64,000 nucleotides of DNA, from NCBI GenBank assembly GCA_023954495.1, contig JAMLIA010000005.1:6174-70173 (forward strand), read 5' to 3'. Below, piece after piece: positions 20,870-30,548 of the stretch. The translations under genes were made by a program, and so were the position numbers. Numbering within the stretch: the stretch's first letter is position 1; each line of letters begins with the position of its first letter. The stretch comes from Thermomicrobiales bacterium (GTDB lineage Bacteria; Chloroflexota; Chloroflexia; Thermomicrobiales; CFX8). The notes below the pieces were generated by a model, which searched no databases, had not been told where the DNA came from, and saw only the letters and a program-made list of their open reading frames with translations.

Positions 20870-21536
20870 TCACCGGCTCATCACGCAGGATGTGGATTGA
20901 ATCTGCCAGCTCCGCGCCGAGGAAGTGCTCTTCGCCATTGACGTTGAGGCGGAGCGGTCCGCCGAACGGCATGCGTTCCATCAACACGATGCGTGCTTCG
21001 GGATACAGCCCGATGGAGCCGAGGTAGCGCAATTTGTCCGGGTCGTCGTCAGTGACGCGACTGATCGTCCCGGAATCACCGACGTTCAGCGATGACAGGC
21101 GGTCGTTGGAAACCTGCGGGACAGAGCCACTCATACTCGGGATCGGGTCGCCGTGCGGATCGATTGTCGGATAGCCGAGCGCGGCGTCGATCCGGGCTTC
21201 GAACTCCTCGGAGATCGTGTGCTCCAGTCGCTCAGCTTCTTCGTGCACTTCGTCCCACGAATAGCCGAGCGCTTCCGCCAGATACAGCTCCAGCAGGCGG
21301 TGATGCCGCACAACCTCCAGCGCCGCCTTTTGCCCGGCGGAGGTGAGTGTGACGGAGCGATAGCGCTGGTGATCGACGAGGTGCAGATCGGCCAGACGCT
21401 TGATCATGCCGGTCACCGACGGCGCCGCGACTTCCAGGCGCTCGGCTATGGCTTGAGTTGTGACGCGCTGGCCGTCCTCAGAGAGACGATAGATCGTCTT
21501 GAGGTAGTCCTCCATCGCGGGTGTGATCGTGACCAC
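20859..21536 (-). CDS. DtxR/MntR-family metal-dependent transcriptional repressor with C-terminal FeoA/SH3-like domain
   Basis: MEDYLKTIYRL...APSVTGMIKRL is a wHTH. Metal-site and dimerisation segment RHHRLLELYL...HEEAERLEH. It overlaps the recJ start by 11 nt. Confidence 0.85.
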   Translation of the reverse strand: MVTITPAMEDYLKTIYRLSEDGQRVTTQAIAERLEVAAPSVTGMIKRLADLHLVDHQRYRSVTLTSAGQKAALEVVRHHRLLELYLAEALGYSWDEVHEEAERLEHTISEEFEARIDAALGYPTIDPHGDPIPSMSGSVPQVSNDRLSSLNVGDSGTISRVTDDDPDKLRYLGSIGLYPEARIVLMERMPFGGPLRLNVNGEEHFLGAELADSIHILRDEPVNAS

Positions 21537-21593
21537 ATCGTCACCTGCTTTGATTATCGCGGTAGCGACCGTCGTCTCGTAGGGCCTCGGAAC

Positions 21594-22088
21594 CTACTCT
21601 TCAGCGCCGAGAACCCTCCAGAGGAGCACCGACTCGATCGCCAGGATCACGGTCGTGATGATGGCCGAGGCCACGCACCACTGGCAAATCGCCTTGATAA
21701 CCCAGATCTCCAGATACGTGAGATAGGCAGCATACGCGAATCCGGCCAGGGCGATGCCCCATGATGCCATCGTCGCGACTTCGAACGACACCGGGAGCTT
21801 GCCTCGCATGCGGCCCAGCGCTGAGACGGCCAGCGCGACATACATGCCGAGCCCCAGGAGCGCGATCGGAACTGGCCCGATCGTCGCGTACTTGCTCTTC
21901 TGCACCGTACCGCAATCGCCGACCGCGCACACAAGCGCGCTCTCGTTGAAGTGCGTGTAGGTCAGATACGCGGCAACGATGATGCCGAGAATACTCAGGC
22001 CGACGATGGCCCCGAGTGCTCGGGGCCAATTGCCGGTCGAATCGCTACTTGCTGAGCTCCGCGTCAATGCGCTGCTGTAGTTGCTCAA
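21594..22088 (-). CDS. Vitamin K epoxide reductase (VKOR) family membrane protein
   Basis: Loop Cys pair CAVGDCG and a CxxC (CQWC) in a transmembrane helix, with 4-5 hydrophobic helices. The start is uncertain because it overlaps the upstream gene by 44 nt. Confidence 0.75.
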   Translation of the reverse strand: MSNYSSALTRSSASSDSTGNWPRALGAIVGLSILGIIVAAYLTYTHFNESALVCAVGDCGTVQKSKYATIGPVPIALLGLGMYVALAVSALGRMRGKLPVSFEVATMASWGIALAGFAYAAYLTYLEIWVIKAICQWCVASAIITTVILAIESVLLWRVLGAEE

Positions 22089-22956
22089 AGGTCTGATACC
22101 CAGTCACTTGTTCGCCGTTGATGAAGAAGGTTGGGGTCGAGTTGACTCCGAGGTTGATCGCCTCATCGTAGCTGGCTCGAACGACATCGAGATAGGTGTC
22201 GTCCTCAAGGCAGCTGACGAATGCAGTTGTATCCAACCCGAGCTGATTCGCCATCTCTTCGAGACGGCTCTGGGTGAATGCGCCCTCGTTCTCGCCATTA
22301 TGGTTGGCGAAGATGGTCTTGTGCATCCGATAGCCGGCACCCTGATCCATCGAGCAGGCGACAGCCTCGGCGGCACGAACCGATTCGCGACCGGCACCGC
22401 TGGCGAAGAACCGGTCAATGAACGGGAAGTTGCGGAACTCGACATAGACCTGGCCGGTATTGACATACTGCTCGACCAGCTTGGCCTCTTCGTTCATCGA
22501 CCACTGTGCGCAAATCGGGCACTGGTAGTCGGCCCACTCCTGAATGGTGACCGGCGCGTTCGGATCACCGATTGCCAGAATCTGGCTGCCATCATGCTGA
22601 CTGCTCACCGGCGTTCCGTCGGCACCTGCCTCAGGCGAGGCGATCGCGCCCTGTTCTGGTCCCGGCGTGAAGACATCATCAATGCCGGTTGGGATGACGA
22701 TCGGATCATCAATCCCGTTATCCCGCAGTGTGTTGACGAGGACCAACCCGAGAATGACCAGAACTGCAACGAGCGCGCCACCACCGAGAATCATCATTCG
22801 ACGGCGCTTGCGATCCTTTTCGGCCTGGATGACGCGCTGCGCACGGCGTGATTGCGCGCGCGATGTGGCGTCTGTTCCCTCGGTTGTCTGCGGGCGGCTC
22901 TTGCCCTTGCTGCTTCTGCGTTTTGGTGTGTTTGACGACACGGCGGACGATCTCAC
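22045..22956 (-). CDS. DsbA-like thiol:disulfide oxidoreductase with N-terminal membrane anchor
   Basis: Thioredoxin-fold active site WADYQCPICAQW and a single N-terminal hydrophobic helix. Confidence 0.8.
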   Translation of the reverse strand: MRSSAVSSNTPKRRSSKGKSRPQTTEGTDATSRAQSRRAQRVIQAEKDRKRRRMMILGGGALVAVLVILGLVLVNTLRDNGIDDPIVIPTGIDDVFTPGPEQGAIASPEAGADGTPVSSQHDGSQILAIGDPNAPVTIQEWADYQCPICAQWSMNEEAKLVEQYVNTGQVYVEFRNFPFIDRFFASGAGRESVRAAEAVACSMDQGAGYRMHKTIFANHNGENEGAFTQSRLEEMANQLGLDTTAFVSCLEDDTYLDVVRASYDEAINLGVNSTPTFFINGEQVTGYQTFEQLQQRIDAELSK

Positions 22957-23081
22957 CCTTCATCGACACGGCGCGTCCACGTCCGGTTAGCCATGGCATC
23001 TCAAGAGACCCTGGCAATCCCTCGAATTTCGTGGCCGCTTGTACAACGGTCGCCTATAGTCAGGCTCACTGAAGGAGGAGT

Positions 23082-24032
23082 ATGCCAAAACGGTGGATTG
23101 TCGGTGGGATCTTTGCTCTCGGAAGTGCGATGGGTTTGACGTGGTTGTACGCGCGGCGAATCGCTCCCTCCTGGCTGGAGACAGTACGGCTACGCGTGGC
23201 AGTACCGGGATTACCTGCCGAGCTCGACGGGCTCAAGGTCGCGCATCTGTCGGACGCGCACGCCGGCGGTCCGGGTGTCACGCTCGATCTGCTCTGGAAA
23301 GCGCGCCGGATTGCCGAGGCATATCAGCCCGACATCATCGCCCTGACCGGCGATTTCTACCATCAGGGTCAGCCAGTTCCGGATGGCGATCTGCTGGGCG
23401 AATGGCCCGAATCAGCGGTCGTGCTGGCTGTCCTTGGGAACCATGATCTACGAGGGACGCGAGCGGAGCTTGATACCGTTCTGAGTCGCCTGGAGGTCGG
23501 CAGAGTGCGGCTGCTGCGCAACGAGGCAGCCAGAATCACGCTTCGCGGTTGCGATCTCTGGGTGGCCGGGGTAGACGATCCATACTCTCAGCAGGCCGAT
23601 ATATCTCGCGCATGCGCTGATGTTCCCGATGAGGAGGACGTGCTGCTGCTTCTGGCGCACTCCCCGGCGATTGTGAACGATCTGCCGACGGGTCGGGTGC
23701 GTCTGGTGCTTTCGGGGCACACCCACGGCGGGCAGATCCGTCTGCTGCCGTCCGGGCGCGTGCCGTTTCAGAATTTGCTGCGCCAACTGAACCACGAACC
23801 ACCGCGCAACGATCCGCCGTTCTATCGCGGGATCCACTGGGTGAAGGGGGGCGTGGTTGTGATCTCAACCGGATTGGGCATGTCAGAATGGCCACTGCGC
23901 TTTCTGACCCGACCGCAGGTGATCCTGATTGAGCTGTCTCAACCTGCAACAGTTGGCCCGGACTGCGACGAGGTGGACCGCTACGTTGAACGAGTCGATC
24001 CCCCACCCTGGTATATCCGGCTGCTGTCGTAA
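23082..24032 (+). CDS. Membrane-anchored metallophosphoesterase (YkuE-like)
   Basis: MPE motifs HLSDAH, TGDFY, LGNHD and GHTHGGQ, plus an N-terminal hydrophobic segment. Confidence 0.8.
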   Translation: MPKRWIVGGIFALGSAMGLTWLYARRIAPSWLETVRLRVAVPGLPAELDGLKVAHLSDAHAGGPGVTLDLLWKARRIAEAYQPDIIALTGDFYHQGQPVPDGDLLGEWPESAVVLAVLGNHDLRGTRAELDTVLSRLEVGRVRLLRNEAARITLRGCDLWVAGVDDPYSQQADISRACADVPDEEDVLLLLAHSPAIVNDLPTGRVRLVLSGHTHGGQIRLLPSGRVPFQNLLRQLNHEPPRNDPPFYRGIHWVKGGVVVISTGLGMSEWPLRFLTRPQVILIELSQPATVGPDCDEVDRYVERVDPPPWYIRLLS

Positions 24033-24092
24033 GCTACGTCCTCACCAGATCTATTCTCAACGTCTGTTCCCTTCGCTAGCGTTTGAGGTGTC

Positions 24093-25202
24093 GTGCTCGT
24101 GCTTGATACGTTGGTTGGTGATCCACTCCGCATACTGGCCATTGATGTCGGTGCCGGGACGCAGGATGTCCTCGTCTATCAGTCGGATCAGGGGGTGGAG
24201 AACTGCACCAAGCTCGTCCTGCCGTCGATGACCCGTGTTGTTGCATGGGAAATCGAGGCGGCAACAATCGCTGGTGTTCCGATCTATCTCGATGGGAACG
24301 TGATGGGCGGTGGCGCGTCGTCGAGCGCGATTGAAGCTCACTTGGCTGCCGGACTGGATGTGTTCGCCAACCCCAACGCTGCGCGTTCACTGCATAACGA
24401 TCTGGACCGCGTCCGCCAATTGGGCGTTAGCGTCGTGAATGAGCGACCAACGGGCACCTGTGTCATCAACATGCGCGACGTCGATCTGGCTGCATTTCAG
24501 GCTGCACTGAGCCCGTTTGGTGTCGAGGTGCCGGAGCTTATTGCCGTGGCTGTCCAGGATCATGGCTATCTGCCGGGCGCTGGCGGGCGTGAGTTTCGCT
24601 ACGAGTTCCTGCAGGCGATGCTGGCGGACGGCGGCGACGTGCTTAACATGTGTTTCCAAAGGCCGCCGGACTACATGTTGCGGATGCACGCGGTGGCCAG
24701 CCAGATTCCCGGTGCGTTCATCATGGACACCGGTGCCGCGGCGGTGCTTGGCGTGCTCGGCGACCCGCTGGTAGCTACGGCCGCCCGCGACGGAGCGATT
24801 CTGGTCAATATCGGCAACATGCACACGTTCGGCGTGGCCGTGCGCGGTCGACGCATCTTCGGTCTCTTCGAGCATCACACCGGCGGAATTAACGCTGAGA
24901 CTCTGCGTTGGCTCGTGGATCGGTTGAGAACAGGTCGGCTCACACATGGCGATGTGCGGGAGCAAGGCGGACATGGTGCGGCGTTTCACCCAGACTATCA
25001 GGCTACCGGCCCGTTTGAATTCGTCGCAATCACCGGCCCGAACCGGCATCTGGCAGCCGAGCTTGGTTATCACCAGGCGGCCCCATTTGGCGACATGATG
25101 CTGACTGGCCCGTTCGGCCTTGTTGAAGGGACGCTGCAACGGTTGCATGCGCTTGGCTATGCATTGCCGGTGCGTTCGTTGTCGCCCAGCCAAGTGCTCT
25201 AG
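24093..25202 (+). CDS. ASKHA-fold (actin-like ATPase) protein, DUF1786-like
   Basis: ILAIDVGAGTQDVLVY is a phosphate-1-like motif near the N-terminus. The family assignment is from memory and unverified. Confidence 0.5.
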   Translation: MLVLDTLVGDPLRILAIDVGAGTQDVLVYQSDQGVENCTKLVLPSMTRVVAWEIEAATIAGVPIYLDGNVMGGGASSSAIEAHLAAGLDVFANPNAARSLHNDLDRVRQLGVSVVNERPTGTCVINMRDVDLAAFQAALSPFGVEVPELIAVAVQDHGYLPGAGGREFRYEFLQAMLADGGDVLNMCFQRPPDYMLRMHAVASQIPGAFIMDTGAAAVLGVLGDPLVATAARDGAILVNIGNMHTFGVAVRGRRIFGLFEHHTGGINAETLRWLVDRLRTGRLTHGDVREQGGHGAAFHPDYQATGPFEFVAITGPNRHLAAELGYHQAAPFGDMMLTGPFGLVEGTLQRLHALGYALPVRSLSPSQVL

Positions 25203-26239
25203 TTGACGCGCGCGACCAGTGCATCGACGAGCTGCTCCAGTGCATCGCGTGCTGGTCCTGAGCCGAGCGCCGAATGGATGAGCGACGATGCCCGTTCGTG
25301 CCAGATGTGGGCTTGTTCCTGCACAGCATCCTCGACCTGATACTCGGCGAGCATTGCCAGAATCTGCGCGATGCCGTCCGGTGAAACATCCTGCTCACCG
25401 TAGAGATGCTCGATTGTCAGGCGGTCGGTTTCGGATGCGCGCTCGTGGAGCAGCAGGATCGGCAGCGACTTCTTCCGTCGGCGGATGTCGTCGGCAGCAG
25501 CTTTGCCCGTTTCATTGGGCGAACCCCAGATGCCGAGGATGTCGTCACGCAACTGAAATCCGACACCCAGTGCAAATCCCGCCTCGCCGAGAACATCAGC
25601 GTCAGCAGCTTTGGAACCAGCGATCGTCGCACCGGCCCAGCAGGCGCAGCGGCAGATGGCTGCCGACTTCCCGCCGATCATCTGCATGTATTCATCGGCA
25701 GTCACGTCGCCGCGTGTTTCGAACCCAAGATCGAGCACTTGCCCCTCGACGATTCGGAGCGTTGTGTCGTGGAGCGCACGCGACAGGGCGATGACGCGAT
25801 CAGTCGCGACGCCGGCATCTTCCGAGCGCAGGAGCGCCAGGTGTGCCGTAGCGAACATGGCATCTCCGGCATTAATAGCCTGGGCGATGCCCCACAGTGA
25901 CCAGACGGTCGCACGGTGACGCCGAAGCGGGCTCTGGTCCTGAATGTCGTCATGGATCAGCGTGAAGTTGTGCAGCAGCTCGATTGCGGCAGCCATCGGC
26001 AACGCAGAGCGGCGGTCGCCATCGGACGCCTCGCAGGCCAGAACGCAGAGCAGCGGACGAATGCGCTTGCCGACGTCTGAGCGCTTCGGCTCGAAGTGCT
26101 CATCTTTGAACCCGAGGTGGTAGAGCATGATGTCGTAGACCGACAGAGTACTGAGATGCGCACCGGGTGCATTGCGCGCAGCAGCACTGACCGTCGCCAG
26201 AATCTCGGCATCGAGCTCGTCATTAAGCGTGGATTGCAT
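25199..26239 (-). CDS. Polyprenyl diphosphate synthase (trans-IPPS family)
   Basis: First Asp-rich motif LIHDDIQD and second motif FQLRDDILG. The ATG at 26239 (MQSTLNDELD) is chosen as the start. Confidence 0.85.
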   Translation of the reverse strand: MQSTLNDELDAEILATVSAAARNAPGAHLSTLSVYDIMLYHLGFKDEHFEPKRSDVGKRIRPLLCVLACEASDGDRRSALPMAAAIELLHNFTLIHDDIQDQSPLRRHRATVWSLWGIAQAINAGDAMFATAHLALLRSEDAGVATDRVIALSRALHDTTLRIVEGQVLDLGFETRGDVTADEYMQMIGGKSAAICRCACWAGATIAGSKAADADVLGEAGFALGVGFQLRDDILGIWGSPNETGKAAADDIRRRKKSLPILLLHERASETDRLTIEHLYGEQDVSPDGIAQILAMLAEYQVEDAVQEQAHIWHERASSLIHSALGSGPARDALEQLVDALVARVN

Positions 26240-26481
26240 GGGAATAGTAGACAGTCGGAATCGCCTTTCCATCGATCGGCAACAAGACCGCGATTGAAGG
26301 GCCGATCCTGCACGCGGCATACTATAGCATGACCGGTGCGCCAAACTCGTGGCCAACCCGGCCACCCCAACGTGATGAGGCGTCTACCGGACAAACTGGA
26401 TGGCAATCGTCAGGGCCGCATCGCGCGGCACGGTTTCCCGCACGTTGGCAGGCAGATTCAATAGCAGACAGGACAACTGCG

Positions 26482-27171
26482 ATGTTTCTCGACCCACTCT
26501 ATTTTGTGTTCATGATACCGGCGATGATCTTCGTCCTCTTCGCGCAGCATCGCGTCAAGAGCACGTTTCAGAAATACTCGAAGGTCATGACGAATCAGGG
26601 GATCACCGGGGCGCAAGCCGCCGCTGAGATCCTGAAATCGAATGGCATCTACGATGTGCAGATTGAGCACATTCCCGGTCAGCTCAGTGATCACTACGAC
26701 CCGCGCAGTAAGGTGCTGCGGCTGTCTGATTCAGTCTATGGCAGCAAGTCCGTCGCGGCTGTTGGCGTCGCGGCGCACGAGTGCGGGCACGCGCTGCAGC
26801 ACGCCAAGGGGTACGCGCCGCTGGCGATGCGAAGCGCGATTGTGCCGGTTGCGAATCTCGGCAGCATGCTTGGGCCGATCATGCTCATTGCCGGCGTCAT
26901 CATTGGTCTGACCCAGCTTGCCTGGCTTGGCATCATCTTCTTCGCCGCTGGTACGGTGTTCGCTGCCGTGACGCTGCCGGTGGAGTTCAACGCTTCGTCA
27001 CGCGCGATGGTGCAGCTCACGAATCTGGGCATCTTCGATCGAACTGAATACGACCAGGGCCGCAAGGTCCTGAATGCCGCCGCACTGACCTACGTCGCCG
27101 GCTTTGCCGCCGCGCTACTGCAGTTGCTGTACTACATCTCGCTCGTTACCGGCATGCGCCGAAGCGACTGA
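26482..27171 (+). CDS. Putative neutral zinc metallopeptidase (membrane, YugP-like)
   Basis: MFLDPLYFVFMIPA...HECGHALQH carries an HExxH motif, and the C-terminus has hydrophobic helices. Confidence 0.8.
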   Translation: MFLDPLYFVFMIPAMIFVLFAQHRVKSTFQKYSKVMTNQGITGAQAAAEILKSNGIYDVQIEHIPGQLSDHYDPRSKVLRLSDSVYGSKSVAAVGVAAHECGHALQHAKGYAPLAMRSAIVPVANLGSMLGPIMLIAGVIIGLTQLAWLGIIFFAAGTVFAAVTLPVEFNASSRAMVQLTNLGIFDRTEYDQGRKVLNAAALTYVAGFAAALLQLLYYISLVTGMRRSD

Positions 27172-27193
27172 CCGCATTCTGAACTCAGGTATG

Positions 27194-27225
27194 AACAAGG
27201 GCAGCCCGACCGGGCTGCCCTTGTT
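27194..27225. terminator. Bidirectional terminator hairpin (14-bp stem)
   Basis: aacaagggcagccc-gacc-gggctgcccttgtt lies between convergent genes. Confidence 0.7.
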
Positions 27226-27227
27226 GC

Positions 27228-28478
27228 TTACCCGGCAAGCGCGGCGGTGAGGCAGAGGTCCGCCCCGGGCGGGTCGCTGCGTTCGACGATCACGGTATCG
27301 CAGTCATTGAACGTGGCGAAGTCTCTGAGCGTCTCGGCCAGGCGGGCGTAGAAGCGCTCGTCGGCGCGGTCGACGAACGAGGGTTCCAGATGCAGTGCGC
27401 GGACGTAGAACTGACCGGTGGCGCGATCGGCCTTTGGATCAAGCCGCCCGACCAATTGATCGCGATAGAGGATCGGCAGGCTGAAGTACCCGTAGCGCCG
27501 CTTCGGTGCGGGCGTGTACGACTCCAGCATCAGCTCGAAGTCAAACATCGTCGCCGTGCGACGGCGATCCCAGACGAGGCTGTCGAACGGCGAGAGCAAG
27601 GTTGTGCGGCTCAGCGGGATGCGCTTTTCCAGCAACTCGGCCCAGACGTAGGCCTCATCGCCCCAGCCGCGGACTCGGGCTGGGACGATGAGGCCGCGCT
27701 CGACGAGGTCCTGCACGACAGCCTGCACGGTGCCGGTGCGCAAGCTGGAGTTGCCCCAGTTCTTGCGGAAGTAGTCCGGCAGCCACCGGGCGGTCGCGAT
27801 GCCCATGGCGGAGAACGCATGGGCCGCCAGCGCTCGGCGCTCGTCGTCGATGTCGGGGAGCTGCGCGTCGTCCCAGTCCGGCATGATTCGCTCTGTCAGG
27901 TCGTACCAGCGCTGGAACTTCTCGCGGCGATGCACCATGAACGTGCCCATCGTCCAGAGCAGCTCCAGGGCGAGGTTGGTCGGCTTGTTGCCGTACCAGG
28001 CCCACGGCTCGGCGCGAGTGCTGCCCTCGGGTGCGGTGAATGTCGTGCTGGAAACGGGGCCGAATTCGGTTGCGTGGGAGATGACCTGATCGAGGACTGC
28101 CGCATTCTCATTCAGCCACTGCACGGTGCGCGCATTCCAGCGTGTGCCGCTCGGGTCTGCGTATTCGAGCATCATGCGGCGGAAGTAGGGGAACAACTCG
28201 ACGGGGACGAATGCCGCCGCGTGGGCCCAGTATTCGAACAGCGCTCGATCTGGATAACACAGTTCGGAGAGCCATTCCTTGGGGTGGTTCCCGAGTCGAC
28301 TCCAGAGGACGATGTGATGGCTGCGAGCGACGACGTGGATTGTGTCGATCTGGAGCGCACCAAGGCGGTAGATGGTTTCGCGTAAGCGCTTCTTGGTCGG
28401 CCGTTTCGGCGTGGGCCCAGCGAGCTGCTGCGCGCCAATGGCCAAGCGTCGTGCCTCGCGAGGGGAGAGCTCCAGCAC
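27228..28478 (-). CDS. Winged-helix DNA-binding protein, YcaQ/AlkZ-like DNA glycosylase family
   Basis: The N-terminus LSPREARRLAIGAQQL...LGALQIDTIHVVARSHHIVLWSRL is typical of the DUF1006/YcaQ family. Assignment from memory. Confidence 0.7.
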   Translation of the reverse strand: MLELSPREARRLAIGAQQLAGPTPKRPTKKRLRETIYRLGALQIDTIHVVARSHHIVLWSRLGNHPKEWLSELCYPDRALFEYWAHAAAFVPVELFPYFRRMMLEYADPSGTRWNARTVQWLNENAAVLDQVISHATEFGPVSSTTFTAPEGSTRAEPWAWYGNKPTNLALELLWTMGTFMVHRREKFQRWYDLTERIMPDWDDAQLPDIDDERRALAAHAFSAMGIATARWLPDYFRKNWGNSSLRTGTVQAVVQDLVERGLIVPARVRGWGDEAYVWAELLEKRIPLSRTTLLSPFDSLVWDRRRTATMFDFELMLESYTPAPKRRYGYFSLPILYRDQLVGRLDPKADRATGQFYVRALHLEPSFVDRADERFYARLAETLRDFATFNDCDTVIVERSDPPGADLCLTAALAG

Positions 28479-28570
28479 GGTTCAATCCTCCTGCTACATG
28501 GATGGTGCGGTGCGACAGACGTGCATTGTAGCAAGGATGCGAACGTTTGTGCGGATTGGTTTGAGTGGGC

Positions 28571-29209
28571 TTAGCCGAGGACCCGTCCGAGCTTCGTCTG
28601 GTGCGATGGGCGGAGATCTGGCGCAGCGTGACGCAGGGCATCGACAGCAGCGACGAGCGCCGAGTGCGAGGCTGACTTCGCTTCCAGCTCGATCTCGCCG
28701 AACGTGATTTCGCGACCGTCGTTCAGGCGCGTTCCGGTGCAGCGGTCGATGGCAAGCTCAAATGAATTGCCATCTGGGTCGACGAGGTCGATGGCGGTGC
28801 GAACGTTCTCGATCGTCGCGACCGGCTGCAGTGGTGCGTCGCCGACGATGCTCCTCGCTGCCGCCAGCGGTTCGGGCAGCTTCGAGAGCCGGCCACCTGC
28901 AAGCAGCGCCTCCGCATCGTTGGCGCTGATTTGCGCGTTGATTTCCGGGCGTGAGGCGACGTGCGCCAGATCTGCGGACATAGCTTCGCGTGGTCCCTTG
29001 AACGTCAGCGTTGCTGCATCGTTGCTCGCTCGAACGCGCAGCGTCGATGACGCCGTCTCGAGTCGCGCGTCCGCAGAGTCGAGGTAGGTGTCATGCTGAT
29101 GGATGGTGCGCGTCCGCGCGATGCGTAACGGCGGGAACGACGTCGCATCGAGGAGTGAGGACACATCGTCAATCTCGAACTTGGCTTCGACTTCGCGTGG
29201 TTCAATCAT
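28571..29209 (-). CDS. CYTH-domain protein (triphosphate tunnel metalloenzyme family)
   Basis: N-terminal ExExK signature EVEAKF, then LRVR...TLTFKG beta-strands and a C-terminal IELE acidic strand. Confidence 0.8.
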   Translation of the reverse strand: MIEPREVEAKFEIDDVSSLLDATSFPPLRIARTRTIHQHDTYLDSADARLETASSTLRVRASNDAATLTFKGPREAMSADLAHVASRPEINAQISANDAEALLAGGRLSKLPEPLAAARSIVGDAPLQPVATIENVRTAIDLVDPDGNSFELAIDRCTGTRLNDGREITFGEIELEAKSASHSALVAAVDALRHAAPDLRPSHQTKLGRVLG

Positions 29210-29932
29210 AGGTCGCTCTCAGCAGATCGCGAATCCGGCGATCGTGGTTTGGCATGCCGCATTCGAGCATCCGCAACACGGTCGTTCCGTGGTCGTAGGG
29301 CACACGATGGATTGCGCCGTGCCACCCGGATCCTGGCGACCATTCGAACGAGCCCCAGACAGCGCGCCGATCCCCATCACGAGGTAACCCGCAAGCGGCC
29401 ACGTCGAAGAGGTGCAGCGCGCCGACCTGGCGGTGATAGGGGATGTGCAGGTGGCCGAAGACCAGAACACCGGCATCGAACGGTGCGACGAGATCGCGCA
29501 GGTCGTCCGGCGGCAGGTCGGGGAAGATGTGTCGATCCAGGTCGGTCGGGTTGGCATGCACGACCATCAGGCGATCGCCGTCCGGCGCGATGGTGTCGCT
29601 GAACTGCAATTCGTTCAGACGCCTGATGCGTGCGTCGCCAAGCTCCTGGCGCGTCCACTCGATCGACGCGAAGGCTTCTTGCGCCAAGGCTCTGGATCGC
29701 TGGCTCCATGCTCGATGATGTCGCGGTCGGTATTACCGACAAGCAGCACGTCGGCGCGTTCTGCAATCAGGTCGAGCGCTGCGGCTGGGTCGGGGCCATT
29801 CAAGCAGTAGTCGCCACCTGCGACAAGGCGATCGAATGTGCCGAGACGCTCAATATCAGCCAGCACAGCTCGCAACGCCTCCAGGTTGCCATGCACATCG
29901 GTGACGACCGCCACGCGAAGCTCAGTCGGCAT
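29202..29932 (-). pseudogene. Metallophosphoesterase (YfcE/MJ0936-like) with interrupted reading frame near 29687-29692
   Basis: The N-terminal part (VAVVTDVHGN, GGDY, VGNTDR) is in one frame to about 29689. The C-terminal part (VVHANP, FGHLH) continues in another frame (ORF 29202-29687). Confidence 0.7.
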
Positions 29933-30548
29933 CCTGCTGCTCGGCTTCCGATGCTGTCGTCGCCTCCGCCTCGGCGATCGCTTCGTCGAGATGGGCACGC
30001 AGGCGACCTGCAAAGTCCGAGCCCATCAATCTTCGCCAGGCTGTGATGAACGCTTCATAGGCGAGGAAGCGGTCTTCTGAACGGAACGCGACGAGGGTGA
30101 AGAGCGCTGCGTCATCGCGCTGACCGCGTGGCGAGGTCGTTGAGCCGCGGATACGCTGCTGGCGTTGCGCGACGGTGCCGCGTTGCCGATTCGTGGCGAT
30201 ATCGAGCAGCTTCTGCGTCCGTTGCTCGGCATTGGCGCGCGAGATGTGGAGCATCCGCTCGATCATGACGTCAGCGTCGTGGAGGTCGCCGATATGCTCC
30301 TGTATCTCCTTGACCTCGTTGATCAGGCTATTCGTCCCCGACGGCAGTGCAAATCGGAATAGCTCGAGTGAATAGCGCAGCCGCTTGGCCGCGATCCGCA
30401 GATTGTGGATCTCTTCAACGTTGTCCGGGTCGTCGACCCAGGGTGCGAAAAAGAGCATCTCATCCAGACGTGTCTGGATGACGAGACGGGCGTTATAGGC
30501 CGTCGAGCGATCGCAGCGGATGCCGCTGATGCGTCGTGCTTTAGCCAC
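29922..30548 (-). CDS. CHAD domain, second half (possible continuation of 30541-31020)
   Basis: HNLRIAAKRLRYSLELF and IGDLHDADV are CHAD repeat motifs. A candidate GTG at 30548 overlaps the upstream stop (GTGGCTAA). Confidence 0.65.
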   Translation of the reverse strand: MAKARRISGIRCDRSTAYNARLVIQTRLDEMLFFAPWVDDPDNVEEIHNLRIAAKRLRYSLELFRFALPSGTNSLINEVKEIQEHIGDLHDADVMIERMLHISRANAEQRTQKLLDIATNRQRGTVAQRQQRIRGSTTSPRGQRDDAALFTLVAFRSEDRFLAYEAFITAWRRLMGSDFAGRLRAHLDEAIAEAEATTASEAEQQDAD

